The position numbers were made by a program, and so were the translations under genes. DNA of 63,539 bases, filler included, from Aduncisulcus paluster (lineage: Eukaryota), in NCBI GenBank assembly GCA_024181965.1. It is 8 parts of 8 records of this genome, joined end to end, with 100 filler letters (N's around TTAATTAATTAA, not from the genome) between each part and the next. Parts side by side here need not be neighbours in the genome. Positions count along the whole stretch, not along the records: positions 7,271 to 29,203 come from BQXS01012314.1; positions 29,304 to 36,342 come from BQXS01012315.1; 6 more parts are not named here. The stretch is one strand, 5' to 3'. Under the pieces are notes generated by a model. It was not told the origin of the DNA. It searched no databases and saw nothing but the letters and a program-made list of their open reading frames with translations. Position 1 is the stretch's first letter; every line of letters starts with the position of its first letter. Below, one piece after another: positions 22,528 to 33,880 of the stretch.

Positions 22528-25104
22528 TTGTTTATTTATATCTTGTTTATCATGTTATTTCTCAAGTTATCGTCCTTTCGTTTTTTTCGTTTTTTTTCTC
22601 GCCGATGGAGAAAATATTCAATATCAATATTATTTTTATTTTTGATTTTGTTCCATTTTATTGATATTGAATGTTTTGATGACAATTTTATTGCGGCAAT
22701 TCACCCGTTAAATTTGAATGGATCAATCCACGCTTCTACAATTAAGTATGACCCTGATAAATATCAGGTATACATTTCTGCGGAGTCAATTCGACAATCT
22801 CTTTGCGATCTGGTGCAGGGGTTGTATTCTGATTGTGATATGTCCAAATATCAAATCGTCAGCATTAATTCTCAATCGTTTGGTGCCGAAGATTTTTCTG
22901 ACATTTCCTCTCTCGATGGTCTAGAATATTTACTCACTGTAAGTACATTAAATCTTGCGAGTGATCCAATAACTGATATTTCAGCCATATCTTCTCTCTC
23001 TCAATTGATTTCGATTAACGTTGGGAATAACTTTTGGTCGTATAATAATCTTATCGAAAATTTCATTCCATTCCAAAATATGGCTCGTCTTTTTTCTGTT
23101 AATCTACCAGGAGGGACATATTCGAATGATATTTCCTCTTTCTATCGTAACGTGGACTTAACAAAGCTTTCGACACACGACGACGATTATTACATTCCTT
23201 TGTGTCGTGTCGAGGATGATTCCCAGTTCAAAGAATACTTAGGTTCTGTATTTCCTCACATGGCTTTCGCTCTGATGGATTATTTAAAGAACGATTGTCC
23301 ATTAAATCCCACTGATAGCAACAACTGTAATGGGGTTGCTAATTGTCCATCTCTTGTTCTCAATGAAGTATACAACGCCTATTCTGAATCAGCGGCTTTG
23401 GAATGCAATGAGATTGCTAAGAAGGATGTTTCAAGTGGTTCTCTTGTGTGTTACACTGTTCATGACGATAATCTCCGCTCATATCTCAAGAAAACATACC
23501 TTGATATTTCTGAAGACAATGGGATTATTGCTGTGGGTTCAATCAGGTCAAGAGTCACTGGACGTTTCGACATGTATAATGTTACTGGTGGATATGGTCC
23601 CGTTTCAACCTTGCAAGGCCTTGAGTATGCCACATCTTTGAGCTATATTGAGTTAGAATCCTATGATTTGAGTGGAAATTCGCAATTAAGTGCGTATGAC
23701 CAAACTGTCGTAAAGATTCTTGCACGATTCTCAAATGCCAGAACGAATGAATTAACGTATCTTGGTCTATCTGATTGTGGGATAAGCAGAATTGATGATA
23801 TTCTTGATTTAAATCCCATAACCAATGCAGATCCCCATACTACAACATTCAATTTAGCCTCGCTTGACATTTCACACAACTCCTTGTCTGATCTCTCTGA
23901 GTTGATCACAAGCGACATGTTCGATAAAGAATCATTCAAGGATGGAATTAATCTGAATGATAACAATATTTGTGATATTCAAGGGTTTATCGAGGAATTG
24001 AATATATATTTCGATGAAATATCTATTATTCAACCATATTCTGACCAATTATGTCAGTGTTCGGAAGCCATATCCTCTTCTTCTCATCTGATCTGCCGAG
24101 AGATTTATCCTGATCTATGGATAGCTGACTGTTGGAAAGGGTATTATCTCGACAAGGGCACCAATCAATGTGTAAAAGCTTGCGCGCTTGGATATTCTCT
24201 TGACACTGGCACCAACGAATGCACAGTTGAAGATGATTCCATTCAATACAGTAACTCATCAATTTGTCGTTTATGTGAGAGTGAACAGCACAAGATATCC
24301 ATTCTCGAGAAAGGAAATGCACATGTGACTTGTTCTTGCATGGAAGGATGGTCTGGTGATGACTGTTCGACATGTGCCGAAGGATATGTCGGAGATCTGT
24401 GCCAATATGAATGTCCCATGGTTAATGGTAACATTTGTAATAATCAAGGTCAATGTCAAATGTCTGCTGATGGACTAGGTTCCGAATGTGTTTGTTTTTC
24501 TCCTTCTCCTCTTTCAAGATCAGTTAAAATAGATTATGAAGAAGAGTTTGAGAGTGTACCGGGAGGTAATACGAACTCACGATATATTCCTCGTAATAAT
24601 CCATCTGGTATTCTCTCAACTGTTGTTTATCCACATCAATATGTTGGCGATAGTTGTCAGTACCAATGCCCACAGTATGGTCCTAGTTATTCTGTATGTG
24701 GAACTGATGATTCTCATGGAGTATGTGTCTTTGATGAAACATACAATGAGGCAATATGTCACTGTGACCCTGGATATACTGGCACATGGTGCTCAAAAGA
24801 GTGCAATTGTGAACATGGAACATGCTTTGATGGGAGTTTGGACGTTTTCGATTCTGATGCCACGTGTGATTGTCCCTGGAACTACCAGAACAATACATGC
24901 TCCTCTGTTAGTGGGACATTCATCGTTGTTCTCGGCATTGGAATTGTAATTTTGGGTGTCATTGGGGGCGTTATCGTGTGTTGGTGCCACGATCAAAGAG
25001 AAAAAGAGAAATCAACTCACTCAGAAAATAGGGGTCAATATTCTCCATTTGAGCCCGATGAGTCCCAAGGTTTATTTTATCACGATATTTTCTCTAACAT
25101 GTAA
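22528..25104 (+). CDS. Type I membrane surface protein: internalin-like leucine-rich repeats, Cys-rich/EGF-like repeats, single TM helix, short cytoplasmic tail
   Basis: LRRs (ISSLDGLEYLLTVSTLNLASDPITDISAISSL; LASLDISHNSLSDLSEL), EGF modules (CSCMEGWSGDDC; CHCDPGYTGTWC), TM FIVVLGIGIVILGVIGGVIVCWC, tail with YSPF. Start uncertain (ATG 22552). Confidence 0.85.
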   Translation: MFIYILFIMLFLKLSSFRFFRFFSRRWRKYSISILFLFLILFHFIDIECFDDNFIAAIHPLNLNGSIHASTIKYDPDKYQVYISAESIRQSLCDLVQGLYSDCDMSKYQIVSINSQSFGAEDFSDISSLDGLEYLLTVSTLNLASDPITDISAISSLSQLISINVGNNFWSYNNLIENFIPFQNMARLFSVNLPGGTYSNDISSFYRNVDLTKLSTHDDDYYIPLCRVEDDSQFKEYLGSVFPHMAFALMDYLKNDCPLNPTDSNNCNGVANCPSLVLNEVYNAYSESAALECNEIAKKDVSSGSLVCYTVHDDNLRSYLKKTYLDISEDNGIIAVGSIRSRVTGRFDMYNVTGGYGPVSTLQGLEYATSLSYIELESYDLSGNSQLSAYDQTVVKILARFSNARTNELTYLGLSDCGISRIDDILDLNPITNADPHTTTFNLASLDISHNSLSDLSELITSDMFDKESFKDGINLNDNNICDIQGFIEELNIYFDEISIIQPYSDQLCQCSEAISSSSHLICREIYPDLWIADCWKGYYLDKGTNQCVKACALGYSLDTGTNECTVEDDSIQYSNSSICRLCESEQHKISILEKGNAHVTCSCMEGWSGDDCSTCAEGYVGDLCQYECPMVNGNICNNQGQCQMSADGLGSECVCFSPSPLSRSVKIDYEEEFESVPGGNTNSRYIPRNNPSGILSTVVYPHQYVGDSCQYQCPQYGPSYSVCGTDDSHGVCVFDETYNEAICHCDPGYTGTWCSKECNCEHGTCFDGSLDVFDSDATCDCPWNYQNNTCSSVSGTFIVVLGIGIVILGVIGGVIVCWCHDQREKEKSTHSENRGQYSPFEPDESQGLFYHDIFSNM

Positions 25105-27138
25105 CAACTGATGGTATGCATCTCTCCTAGAGGTACTATCAGGTCTGAAATCTGATCGCTTCTTGATTCATAGTAAATTTGTCCACTCGACAGACAAATC
25201 GGACTGTAAAATGCTATTCACTTTTATGACGGCAAATTTCTGCGCTTGTGCTATTGAACTGAACCCAATATTTTTGGAAATTATTTTCTCCAACAGAAAA
25301 GATGTATTGACTCTATATTTATAATTTTAGCTGGAGATAATTTACAATAAACAAAATAACAAACATTGATAGAGGATATTACCATGACAATCGGTCGAGA
25401 TGTCACAAATCGTGTTTTGCTTGCAATTGGGAGATTATTATTATTACTTATATTTATTTTTGTCTTTAATTTTATATTAAATATCGATATTATACTTTTG
25501 CGATCTTCTGAGAATTGTAGAATTAATTATTGTGAAAGTAGATTTTAATTTTTAATAATTGGTTCTTTTAGAATGATACATATTCTGTGAAACCTCTAAT
25601 TCAATCTTAAAAGATAGATAAAATACAATCTGTGGATAATTAATTTGCTACCTTTGTTAATTCTTTTTGCAGTCTGCAAAATGGCCTGAGACCAAAATTC
25701 CATGTTTATCTTGTTGTTCCAATTTCAGATTTATTAATCGATATATTCTTTTATTTTTATGGGTTGGATCTAATGGTATTTTAGAGTCTGTCGATCGGCT
25801 TTTCTTCATCACTCCTTCTTGGTTATCTACACGTATTTTGGGGTCTATTTGGTGCTTTTAAAGTTTTTATATTTAATATTTGTGTATTTCAAGATCAATT
25901 TTATGCTTCAATTCTGATGATGAGATTCGGTTACAATTTCTCCCACAAATTATTTGATCTATTTTTGGAAGGTTTTCGGATTTATCCGATAATGATTTCT
26001 TTGCAAATTATTTTCGTATGATCTCTATTCGGTTGNNNNNNNNNNNNNNNNNNNNTTCTTTTTGCAGTCTGCAAAATGGCCTGAGACCAAAATTCCATGT
26101 TTATCTTGTTGTTCCAATTTCAGATTTATTAATCGATATATTCTTTTATTTTTATGGGTTGGATCTAATGGTATTTTAGAGTCTGTCGATCGGCTTTTCT
26201 TCATCACTCCTTCTTGGTTATCTACACGTATTTTGGGGTCTATTTGGTGCTTTTAAAGTTTTTATATTTAATATTTGTGTATTTCAAGATCAATTTTATG
26301 CTTCAATTCTGATGATGAGATTCGGTTACAATTTCTCCCTCAAATTATTTGATCTATTTTTGGAAGGTTTTCGGATTTATCCGATAATGATTTCTTTGCA
26401 AATTATTTTCGTATGATCTCTATTCGGTTGTAGTTATTGAAAAACATATATATTTTGATGGAACAAGTGGACTCGGCCTTCATGGATTTTTTTCACATCT
26501 CTATATCCCGTTACCTCCTGAATTTGATCCGATTGACACATCAAGATTGAAAATTTGGTTAATTGGGACCCAGATTTATTGGAATATTAAAGGTAAAACC
26601 GGCTTTATCACACGCTTCAAAAATTGATGTTCAATTTTCATCCTCATTTTTCAAAATTCAGAAGTCTGAAATATTTCCTTTATGGAATGAAAGATCTAAA
26701 TATTGAAATAACAACTCTATGGAAAGAAGTTTGTGGGATATTGTGATTGTGATTGCGCTATACCTAGAGTTTGAAATTGAAAAATAATCAACCATTTCGA
26801 AACGAGTGAAGCCATTAATCATAGAAAAATTTTAAAATAATTAATAATATCACTGAATTATCATTGAATGATGAAAATAATTGTCCTATGAACATGATTT
26901 TAAGATTATTTTGGCAATGCAAAACATTCATTGTATGAAGAAGGAAAAGTATTATTTTCGCGATATTGTTCGTATTTTTTTCATATTTGATATTTATTTT
27001 TATTTGTAATATATTTTAATCTTGACATATGGACCAAACCTCAGACAATTTATACAAAATGAGGGAGAATATTTTCTAAATTTAGTCCAGTCAAAATGAC
27101 ATGTCTAAATCTTATTTTTCGACTTAATTGTATTAAAA

Positions 27139-27441
27139 ATGGGACATTCTAGTATTTTTTCCGAATCATTAGAAGAACAATTGCCGCCCAATTGTGAAGA
27201 GTTTTACAATCCTGATGAATGCAATGAATGTGAGAAATGTCTTGATGGAAAGACCTTCAAGACCTTGCGTATTTGTAAAAGAGAACTTTTGGACGAGGAA
27301 AGAGTTTATCTTACTATCGAAATGGATGACTCTTGTAAAGATCTTGGAAGCCATCATTTTGAAATCAGAGTTACTAAGAATCCGAAGTTTCCTTCGCTAT
27401 CACTAGAGATTAATCTGAAAAAGAAAGAATTCAGACTCTAA
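27139..27441 (+). CDS. Small hypothetical protein (100 aa) with CxxCxxC
   Basis: ATG-initiated ORF with coding-like composition in an AT-rich region; contains ECNECEKC. Confidence 0.4.
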   Translation: MGHSSIFSESLEEQLPPNCEEFYNPDECNECEKCLDGKTFKTLRICKRELLDEERVYLTIEMDDSCKDLGSHHFEIRVTKNPKFPSLSLEINLKKKEFRL

Positions 27442-27937
27442 ACTATCGATAGCGCAATATCGCAATCGTCAGAATCATATCTTCAAGAAAATTTTGCCCA
27501 TCTTTAACATATTTATTAATAAATTCAATTCAATTCTCTGTTTAATACATTTTGATATTAATTATTCGAGTATCTACAAACTGGGACTTCAATGCTGCAC
27601 TCATTTTATTGCCAGTATGAAATTTTTGGCTTCAACCTGAACTATCTACAAACTGCAGCGCTCTGTCAGAGTACAGAGTTGGACGGTCCAAAGTCTGTGT
27701 TTCGTATTGTGTCCGTTTTATTGTTTAAATTTGCATTGTCATCAGTCCTCGATTCAAAATACATGCGATTTCTTATCTGGTGTTGATAAGTTTTCCTGTG
27801 GACTGTGTTCTTGAAGAACAATGGAAGTTCCATTCTGTGTGGATAGAAAGAAAGAGAATAAAGGAAAAATATAATTAATTATTTGATTCCTTGAACATTT
27901 TGTATTGTATTCCAAATGTTAAGAGACACCCCATTAA

Positions 27938-29203
27938 GTGAGAAGCACGCTCATTCAACGATTTTGGATGGCGATTCAACAAAACGTGTTTTTCCTTGCA
28001 ATTGGGGTAGTTATTGGTGTTTATTGTCTTTTTTTATTTCAATTAAATTTCGATATTTGCGTGATATTATTGTTTGTGATGAGAATTATTGGCAAATGTA
28101 TTGAAGATATTGAAACTGTTTGGGATTGTGACAAACTGTACCAAGGCCCCTACCCTGTTGGTCATCCAGATCTATCTGAAATTGATGGATATAAAGCATA
28201 TGGGGATTATCACAGTGGTGATAATCATTCTAGTTTATTGCAATTCTTAAGAGGTGAAGAATACATCTATTTCAATCCCAACTTACATCTCCCATTTATT
28301 ACATCTCATTGTCTCAGTAAGTTTGTTGTAAGTAATCATAGCCACCCTTCTGGAATCAAAGATTTCGATGCCACATTCACAACATCAGATGGAAAGAAGA
28401 TCACAAAAGAATACCAAATGGGAGAGATGCCTCCAAAGCATCTTTTCTGGCAAGAGTTCCCGATTGATATTGATAATGTTATTTCTTGTGATATTCATGT
28501 TATATCGTCATGGGATGGTAAACAAAAGGGTATTAATTTGTTTGGCATTCGATTCGTGACTGACAAAGAGCAAGAAGCAAAGAAAGAAAAAGAAAGGAAA
28601 GAACAGATTGAAAGAGAACGCAAAGAACGCGTTATCATAGAACAACAAGAACAAGAACAAGCAAAACAACGAATTGAATTGATGCGTCTCGATGGTGAAT
28701 TAAAACGAGAAAAAGAACTCAAAGAACTCAAACGCGCCGAAATGAAAGACTTAATGAGTGATTTTATCTCTTCCACTCAGCAGAGATTTGAAGAGCTTGA
28801 AAAGAAGTTATCTGATGAAAAGGAACAGAGAGTACATGACAAAGAAGATTTTGAAAGGATTAGAGCTCAAGATAGAAAAGAATTTGAGAAACTACGTTCC
28901 GAAGATACATCTAAATTCGAGAAACAGAGAGCTCAGTTTGAGAAAGAACTTCAATCCAAACAATCCCAGATCGATTCCCTGCTGTCGACTCTTTCACAAG
29001 TGCAACAAAAGTCTGAATCTGACCGTTTGCGTCTTTCTCGAGAGCTTTCGTCTGTGCAACGAGAACTGTCCTGCGTGTCTGCCCGTGTGTCTGGCGGCAC
29101 TGCCGAAGTGAGTGGCCGTGTGCAGAGCATGTATGAGCACACTGTTTCCCACCGTGCAGGCGTTCTGTCTGTTGTTGGAGAGCATGTTGATGTGAGTTGT
29201 GAT
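27938..29203 (+). CDS. Variable beta-sandwich + coiled-coil family protein, single domain, 3' truncated by scaffold end
   Basis: Uninterrupted ORF that is a paralog of 7271..8706 in inverted orientation, with near-identical 5' flank and coiled coil. Possible starts are ATG 27968 (hydrophobic leader) or ATG 28079 (MRIIGKC). Confidence 0.8.
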
Positions 29204-29303
29204 NNNNNNNNNNNNNNNNNNNNNNNNNNNNNNNNNNNNNNNNNNNNTTAATTAATTAANNNNNNNNNNNNNNNNNNNNNNNNNNNNNNNNNNNNNNNNN
29301 NNN

Positions 29304-29740
29304 TTGACACTGAAAAGAGATAATCCTCCCTCATCTCCAGAGTTCTTGAGTCATTTAAAGGAGTTGTTTTCTACTCAGGCGAGAATCCTCTATGGGTTCA
29401 AGCCTTGTTCGACATTTATGTATAAAAGCCATTCCTGGATACCTTCAGGCTGATAAATGGTCGGATGATTCGAACATCATGGAGATCGCCATGATTGACG
29501 AAAGACGAGTGAAGCACCAAAATGAGGTGGCAGCAGAAATTCTCATTCATGATATGGAAAAGCTCCAGAAGGGAATAATGGTTGGAGATATAGCTTGTCT
29601 GGTGGCCGATTCGCCCCAACGCGCTGCTATGGCTGGGACGGCGTGTGGCGGCCTCGCTCCATGCCACATGTGTGAAGCACCAGGTTTTCAATTACTATAC
29701 GGAGAAAGAGGAAAATTCGACGGAAGCCCGGTTTGAAGGG
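29304..29740 (+). mobile_element. Probable DNA-transposon transposase fragment (CMC/EnSpm/Plavaka-like)
   Basis: DMEKLQKGIMV...IACLVADSPQRAAMAG...PCHMC resembles the L..GI...D.PAR...PC..C block of these transposases. It is short, truncated and lies beside retroelement debris. Confidence 0.45.
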
Positions 29741-29899
29741 TTATTGTACTCAGAGATAAAGACAGAATTGTGATATGATTCGTCGAAGGGACCCTTCCAT
29801 CTCTTTCAAATTGCCATTACCATTGAAAAAGGCGCACAGTCTCTCCAGGACCATTTTCAACCCCGACCATATTCCACATTCCCCACTTCCCACTCCAGA

Positions 29900-32130
29900 A
29901 CGTTTATCATTGACCGCTGAGTACCTTCTCACGTCATTGCTAAGTAAGGAATTGTTGAAGAAACTGTTCACAATTCTTTGCCAATACCTGAAAGGAGATG
30001 TAGCACTAACTTAGTACACTTGAAGTGCTACACTGTCCACAAGAGAATCGAGAAAGTCCCTACTTATTACCCTTCCTCTCCCTGTTTCCCCACGAAGTCA
30101 CATCCCCGAGTGATATAGCCGGGGCCTGCATCTGTGTTCAAAAAAAGTTCAGTTCACCAATGCTGTTGTTTAATTTCACAAATACGGGCTGCCCTATTTG
30201 GGGTAGCTTTTATGGTTTGGAACAATGTTTGCCATAGTGCTTTTGTTACATGAGTCGAGATTCCTTTCCCATCACCTGTCGTTGTCTTGAAGGTGTGAGT
30301 TTCTCATGGTCTATTTATAGAACCATGCCCCGTCATCATTTCTAATAAATTGTACCACTGTTATTTCTATAGAATTCGACAGAAGGTGCATATATATGTG
30401 TGTAACTATGACTTCAGGATCCTATGAGCGAAGAGAATATCCAACGTATTATGCAACATCATATCATTTATATTCCTTCAGCACGAGAGCGAAAGAGAAG
30501 AATCCTTCAAGTGATGAAACGCAAGCTCGTGAAGAAGCTCCAGTATAATGTACTCAAGAACAAGGATATCAAAGAGTTTTTTTCTTCTCCTTTGTCAGTT
30601 CGCATGTATGTCTTGACCCACCCACCCACCCTACATACATTATTTTTCTGAAGAAAAAGCCTTTGAGACATATTCGATTGGCAACTCAACTCCATCAACA
30701 ATTTGGAATAGAACACCTCCCAATGCAACGTCACTGGCATCAGTTCTGATAAAAACCTTCTCTATGTAGTCGATAAAATATAGTTTTGGGGTTTCTAGAA
30801 TTTCATTTAGACATTTCCTCAGAGCCGCCTCATGGGTCTCTCCAAATGAATTTTTTGTGTGAACGTTCTAATTCCCGTAAAATAGCGATCTTGTTTTCAA
30901 ATTCATCAATATACTGTACTATATAGCATCTGTAGTTTAACAGGGCCAAACAAAGATAACAGTTGTTTTTTCGACTTGGGGGCTTTCATTTCCCTACTGT
31001 ACTATACTCGTCAGGAGTTACTCCGTCTCTAGACACTCGTCTTACCTAAATATGCAACCTCCTTAAAAACCGAATGAGCATTTGCTTGCCTTTGCTTTGA
31101 TGTTTAGCCTGGATAGTCTATCCAAGACACGCTTTAAACTTCTTTCGAACTCTTCCTCGGTTTTACCGTACACAATAATGTCGTCGATGAATATTTGACA
31201 ACATTCAGGAATTAGATCTTCCATTGCTTCCATAAGTACCTGTTGGAAGTGAATCGGTGCGTTTGTAGCGCCAAAGGGCATCGCTTTATACTGAAACAAA
31301 CGGCCTAGTACTGTAAAAGCAGTCAGATACCTATCCTCTTTCCTCACCCCTACCTGATTGAATCCACTTATCAATCGTATCGCGAACCAACGATTGCCGT
31401 CGAGCGCTCGAATGATATCATCTGTTCGTGGGAGCGGAAATGATAATGGAATCGTGTTCTTATTCAGTGGAGTATAATCTATACACATTCGAATGGACTT
31501 ATCACGTTTTGGAACAAATACAGGAATACACAATTGGACCAACCATAATTTCTACTTCGATCGTGGACTTGTCTTTTTGGTCACTACTACTAATAGTATC
31601 ACTCAATTTCATCAAATATTCCTTTTTTGTGTTATTCTTAGGTCTGAGTTCTGGATGTTCCTTCCAGCAATTTTCTCGTGTGTGGCCGAATCTGCCACAA
31701 GCCGGACAAACGTTCGACTTTTCACCTGGATCAGATTTTCTCTTCCTTTTCCTTGAGTCATCGTGTAGGACTTCTTCTTCCCTTGCCTGCATACCGTGAC
31801 AGCTTTCCTCAATATACTTCTCAATACAATGCCGACCGCTTTCCCAAAACCTTCCGTTCCTTCTCCACGCAACACCCTACATACATTCTATACTGTACTA
31901 TACCATTGAATCCTTCTCTATTTCTCCCTCGAATGCTATGACCCTTGTCTGATTTATCATAAGTCCAAACCAAACTATCATTAAGAATATCTCTATTCCA
32001 AGAATAGATGTCCCTCCACCACCAAGAGAGAGAGATTTTTGAAGAAAGCTTTTTTGAAGACAACCATTGAAACAAAACCGACTCGACAGCATTAATATTA
32101 GGCGGTAAGGTGTGAAATAATGTTCATTAT
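29900..32130 (-). mobile_element. Degenerate, internally deleted Ty3/gypsy LTR retrotransposon (gag zinc knuckle, RT, RNase H, integrase remnants)
   Basis: Gag CCHC knuckle CPACGRFGHTRENC (~31670-31710). RT FVPKRDKSIRMCIDYTPLN...TAF...MPFGATNAPIHFQ...IFIDDIIVYG...KCSF (31063-31520). RNase H RTDASDVALGGVLFQ...PIEYVSK (~30650-30755). Many stops and frameshifts. Confidence 0.9.
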
Positions 32131-32142
32131 TATCCAACTGTC

Positions 32143-32180
32143 ATCGTATATATATTTATATATCGTATATATATTTATAT
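32143..32180. repeat. 19-bp tandem duplication ATCGTATATATATTTATAT x2
   Basis: Two exact adjacent copies at the boundary between the retroelement remnant and the next gene. Confidence 0.8.
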
Positions 32181-32208
32181 ATAGTAACAAATGAATGGTT
32201 TTAAACAT

Positions 32209-33880
32209 TTATTTCCACCCGTAAATTAATTTATCTTGTCTGGATATTTCTCTCTTCAAGGCAGTGTTATTGGCTCTCAACCTCTTTTCCTCAGCGTTCA
32301 AAAGTTCAACCTGATGTTTGTAAACACTCAATTCTTGTTCTTTGCGCAGTAAATCAGCACGTATCTTCTCATTTTCTTGTTCAATCTTACGAGTGGCAGC
32401 CCTTCCAGCTTCTAAATTTGCATTAAGAACACCAATATCATGAGCTGTTTCTTCCAGTTGTCTTCTCCTATCAGAACCAATGCGTTCAAGCTCAGACTCA
32501 AGGTCAGTAACACGTTGCTCAAGAGCTTTGCGCTCACAATCGTAACTCTCAGATATTTGATGGATTTTTTTCTTTGTCGTTTCTTCACGCATTTGATGAG
32601 CCTTTGAGATACGTGTGAGCTCATGTTCAAGGGCATTCTCAAGCTCAGCAATCTTACGTTTATGGTCCTTGAGTGTACCTCTCATTTCAATCTCAGATCT
32701 TTCTTTATCAGCTTGGATCTCAACAATTTTATCTTGAGCCAAGGATAACCGTTTTGTCTCATCGTTTTTCTGTTTCTTAAGAATAGCAATTTCTTTTTTA
32801 TGTTCATCTTGTATTTTCTCGAGTTCTTCATGCATTTGGGCACGAACATGCTCAACTTCCCTTAAACCATCACTTCTGTCTTCTTGTCGGACAACTTCCA
32901 TCTGATCCATTTGCTCACGTGTCCAAATACGGATCTTCTCAATCGTAGACCTAAATTGATCATCACGAAGGGCTAACATTTCTTTCTGTTTGGCCAAAAG
33001 CTGATCAGTGGCATCCTCACATTCTTTTTTGACACGAGATATCTGTGTCAGGAGCCTTTCTTTCTCCTCTTCGTTATCTTCAGTCAGGCTGGAGATAGCT
33101 TGAGCCATTTGCTCATCTTTATCTCTCAGCTCACGACGGAGACGTAAGATCTCTTCTCTGGCGCGAGATAACTCACTCTCTTTCTGTTCAACCATCTTTT
33201 CGGTGGCTTTTAAATTCTGGAATACTTTCTTCTTATACTGACCTTGAAGCTCTTCGACATAGGAACGAGTGAAAGTATCTTGGTGCAGACTCTCATATGA
33301 GGGGCCAGTACGGGTTGAAGAGGAGGGTTGCTGTTTCTCAGATCCAGAAATACCGGGAGAACGCATCATCATGCCAACGCCATCAAACTGTGACTGAGAG
33401 ACTCCAAGACTGATGGGGCGAGATGTAGATGACATCCGAGTATCACGGTCCTCATAACAATTGGTTTCTTTGCCATGACGAGTCTGGACAGATGACAAAA
33501 TGGGAGTATGAATGTGTAGGGTACTACGAGAAGGAATAGCACTCTGGCTCGCAGTAGGCCATTGTTTTTTAACGGGGGATTTAGGAATAGATTGGGTTTT
33601 GGCAAGACTTTGAGTCATTTTGGCATATTTTTCGGTTAAAGTCCTGCATTCATCATAATCGGGAGAAACAGTGGAAGGGCTAATGGAACTCTCAGTGGAA
33701 ATTTTAGAAGATGATTGGGTTTCATGAGTATGGGGTTGTTCTCCGGTAATGAAGGTCGGAATTGTCCCATTATTTATAAAATCAGCAAAATCTAGATGAC
33801 ACGTGAAAAAGAGAAGTAAATAAATAAATTATTGACAGATAAGTTCATAATATCAAAAAGCACATACATTCTGAGGCCAT
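32209..33880 (-). CDS. Coiled-coil protein with Ser/Thr-rich N-terminus; exons 33868..33880 and 32209..33791
   Basis: The 469-aa ORF stays open upstream to an acceptor at 33792. Splicing 33792..33867 gives MASEYFADFINNG... in frame. The C-terminal ~340 aa are coiled coil ending DKLIYGWK. Confidence 0.8.
33792..33867 (-). other. Predicted spliceosomal intron (76 nt)
   Basis: GTATGT donor 13 nt after the ATG, pyrimidine tract and CTAG acceptor; removal restores the frame (phase 1). Confidence 0.75.

Noticed and set aside
25560..26700. Coding region on the minus strand
   Set aside because: Only ~60-aa ORFs with frequent stops, partly an overlap duplicate; no motif recognised.
27938..31542. Diversity-generating retroelement (RT next to hypervariable genes)
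   Set aside because: The RT is a decayed gypsy enzyme on a different scaffold. Differences among the variable copies are not adenine-specific, and no template repeat is seen.
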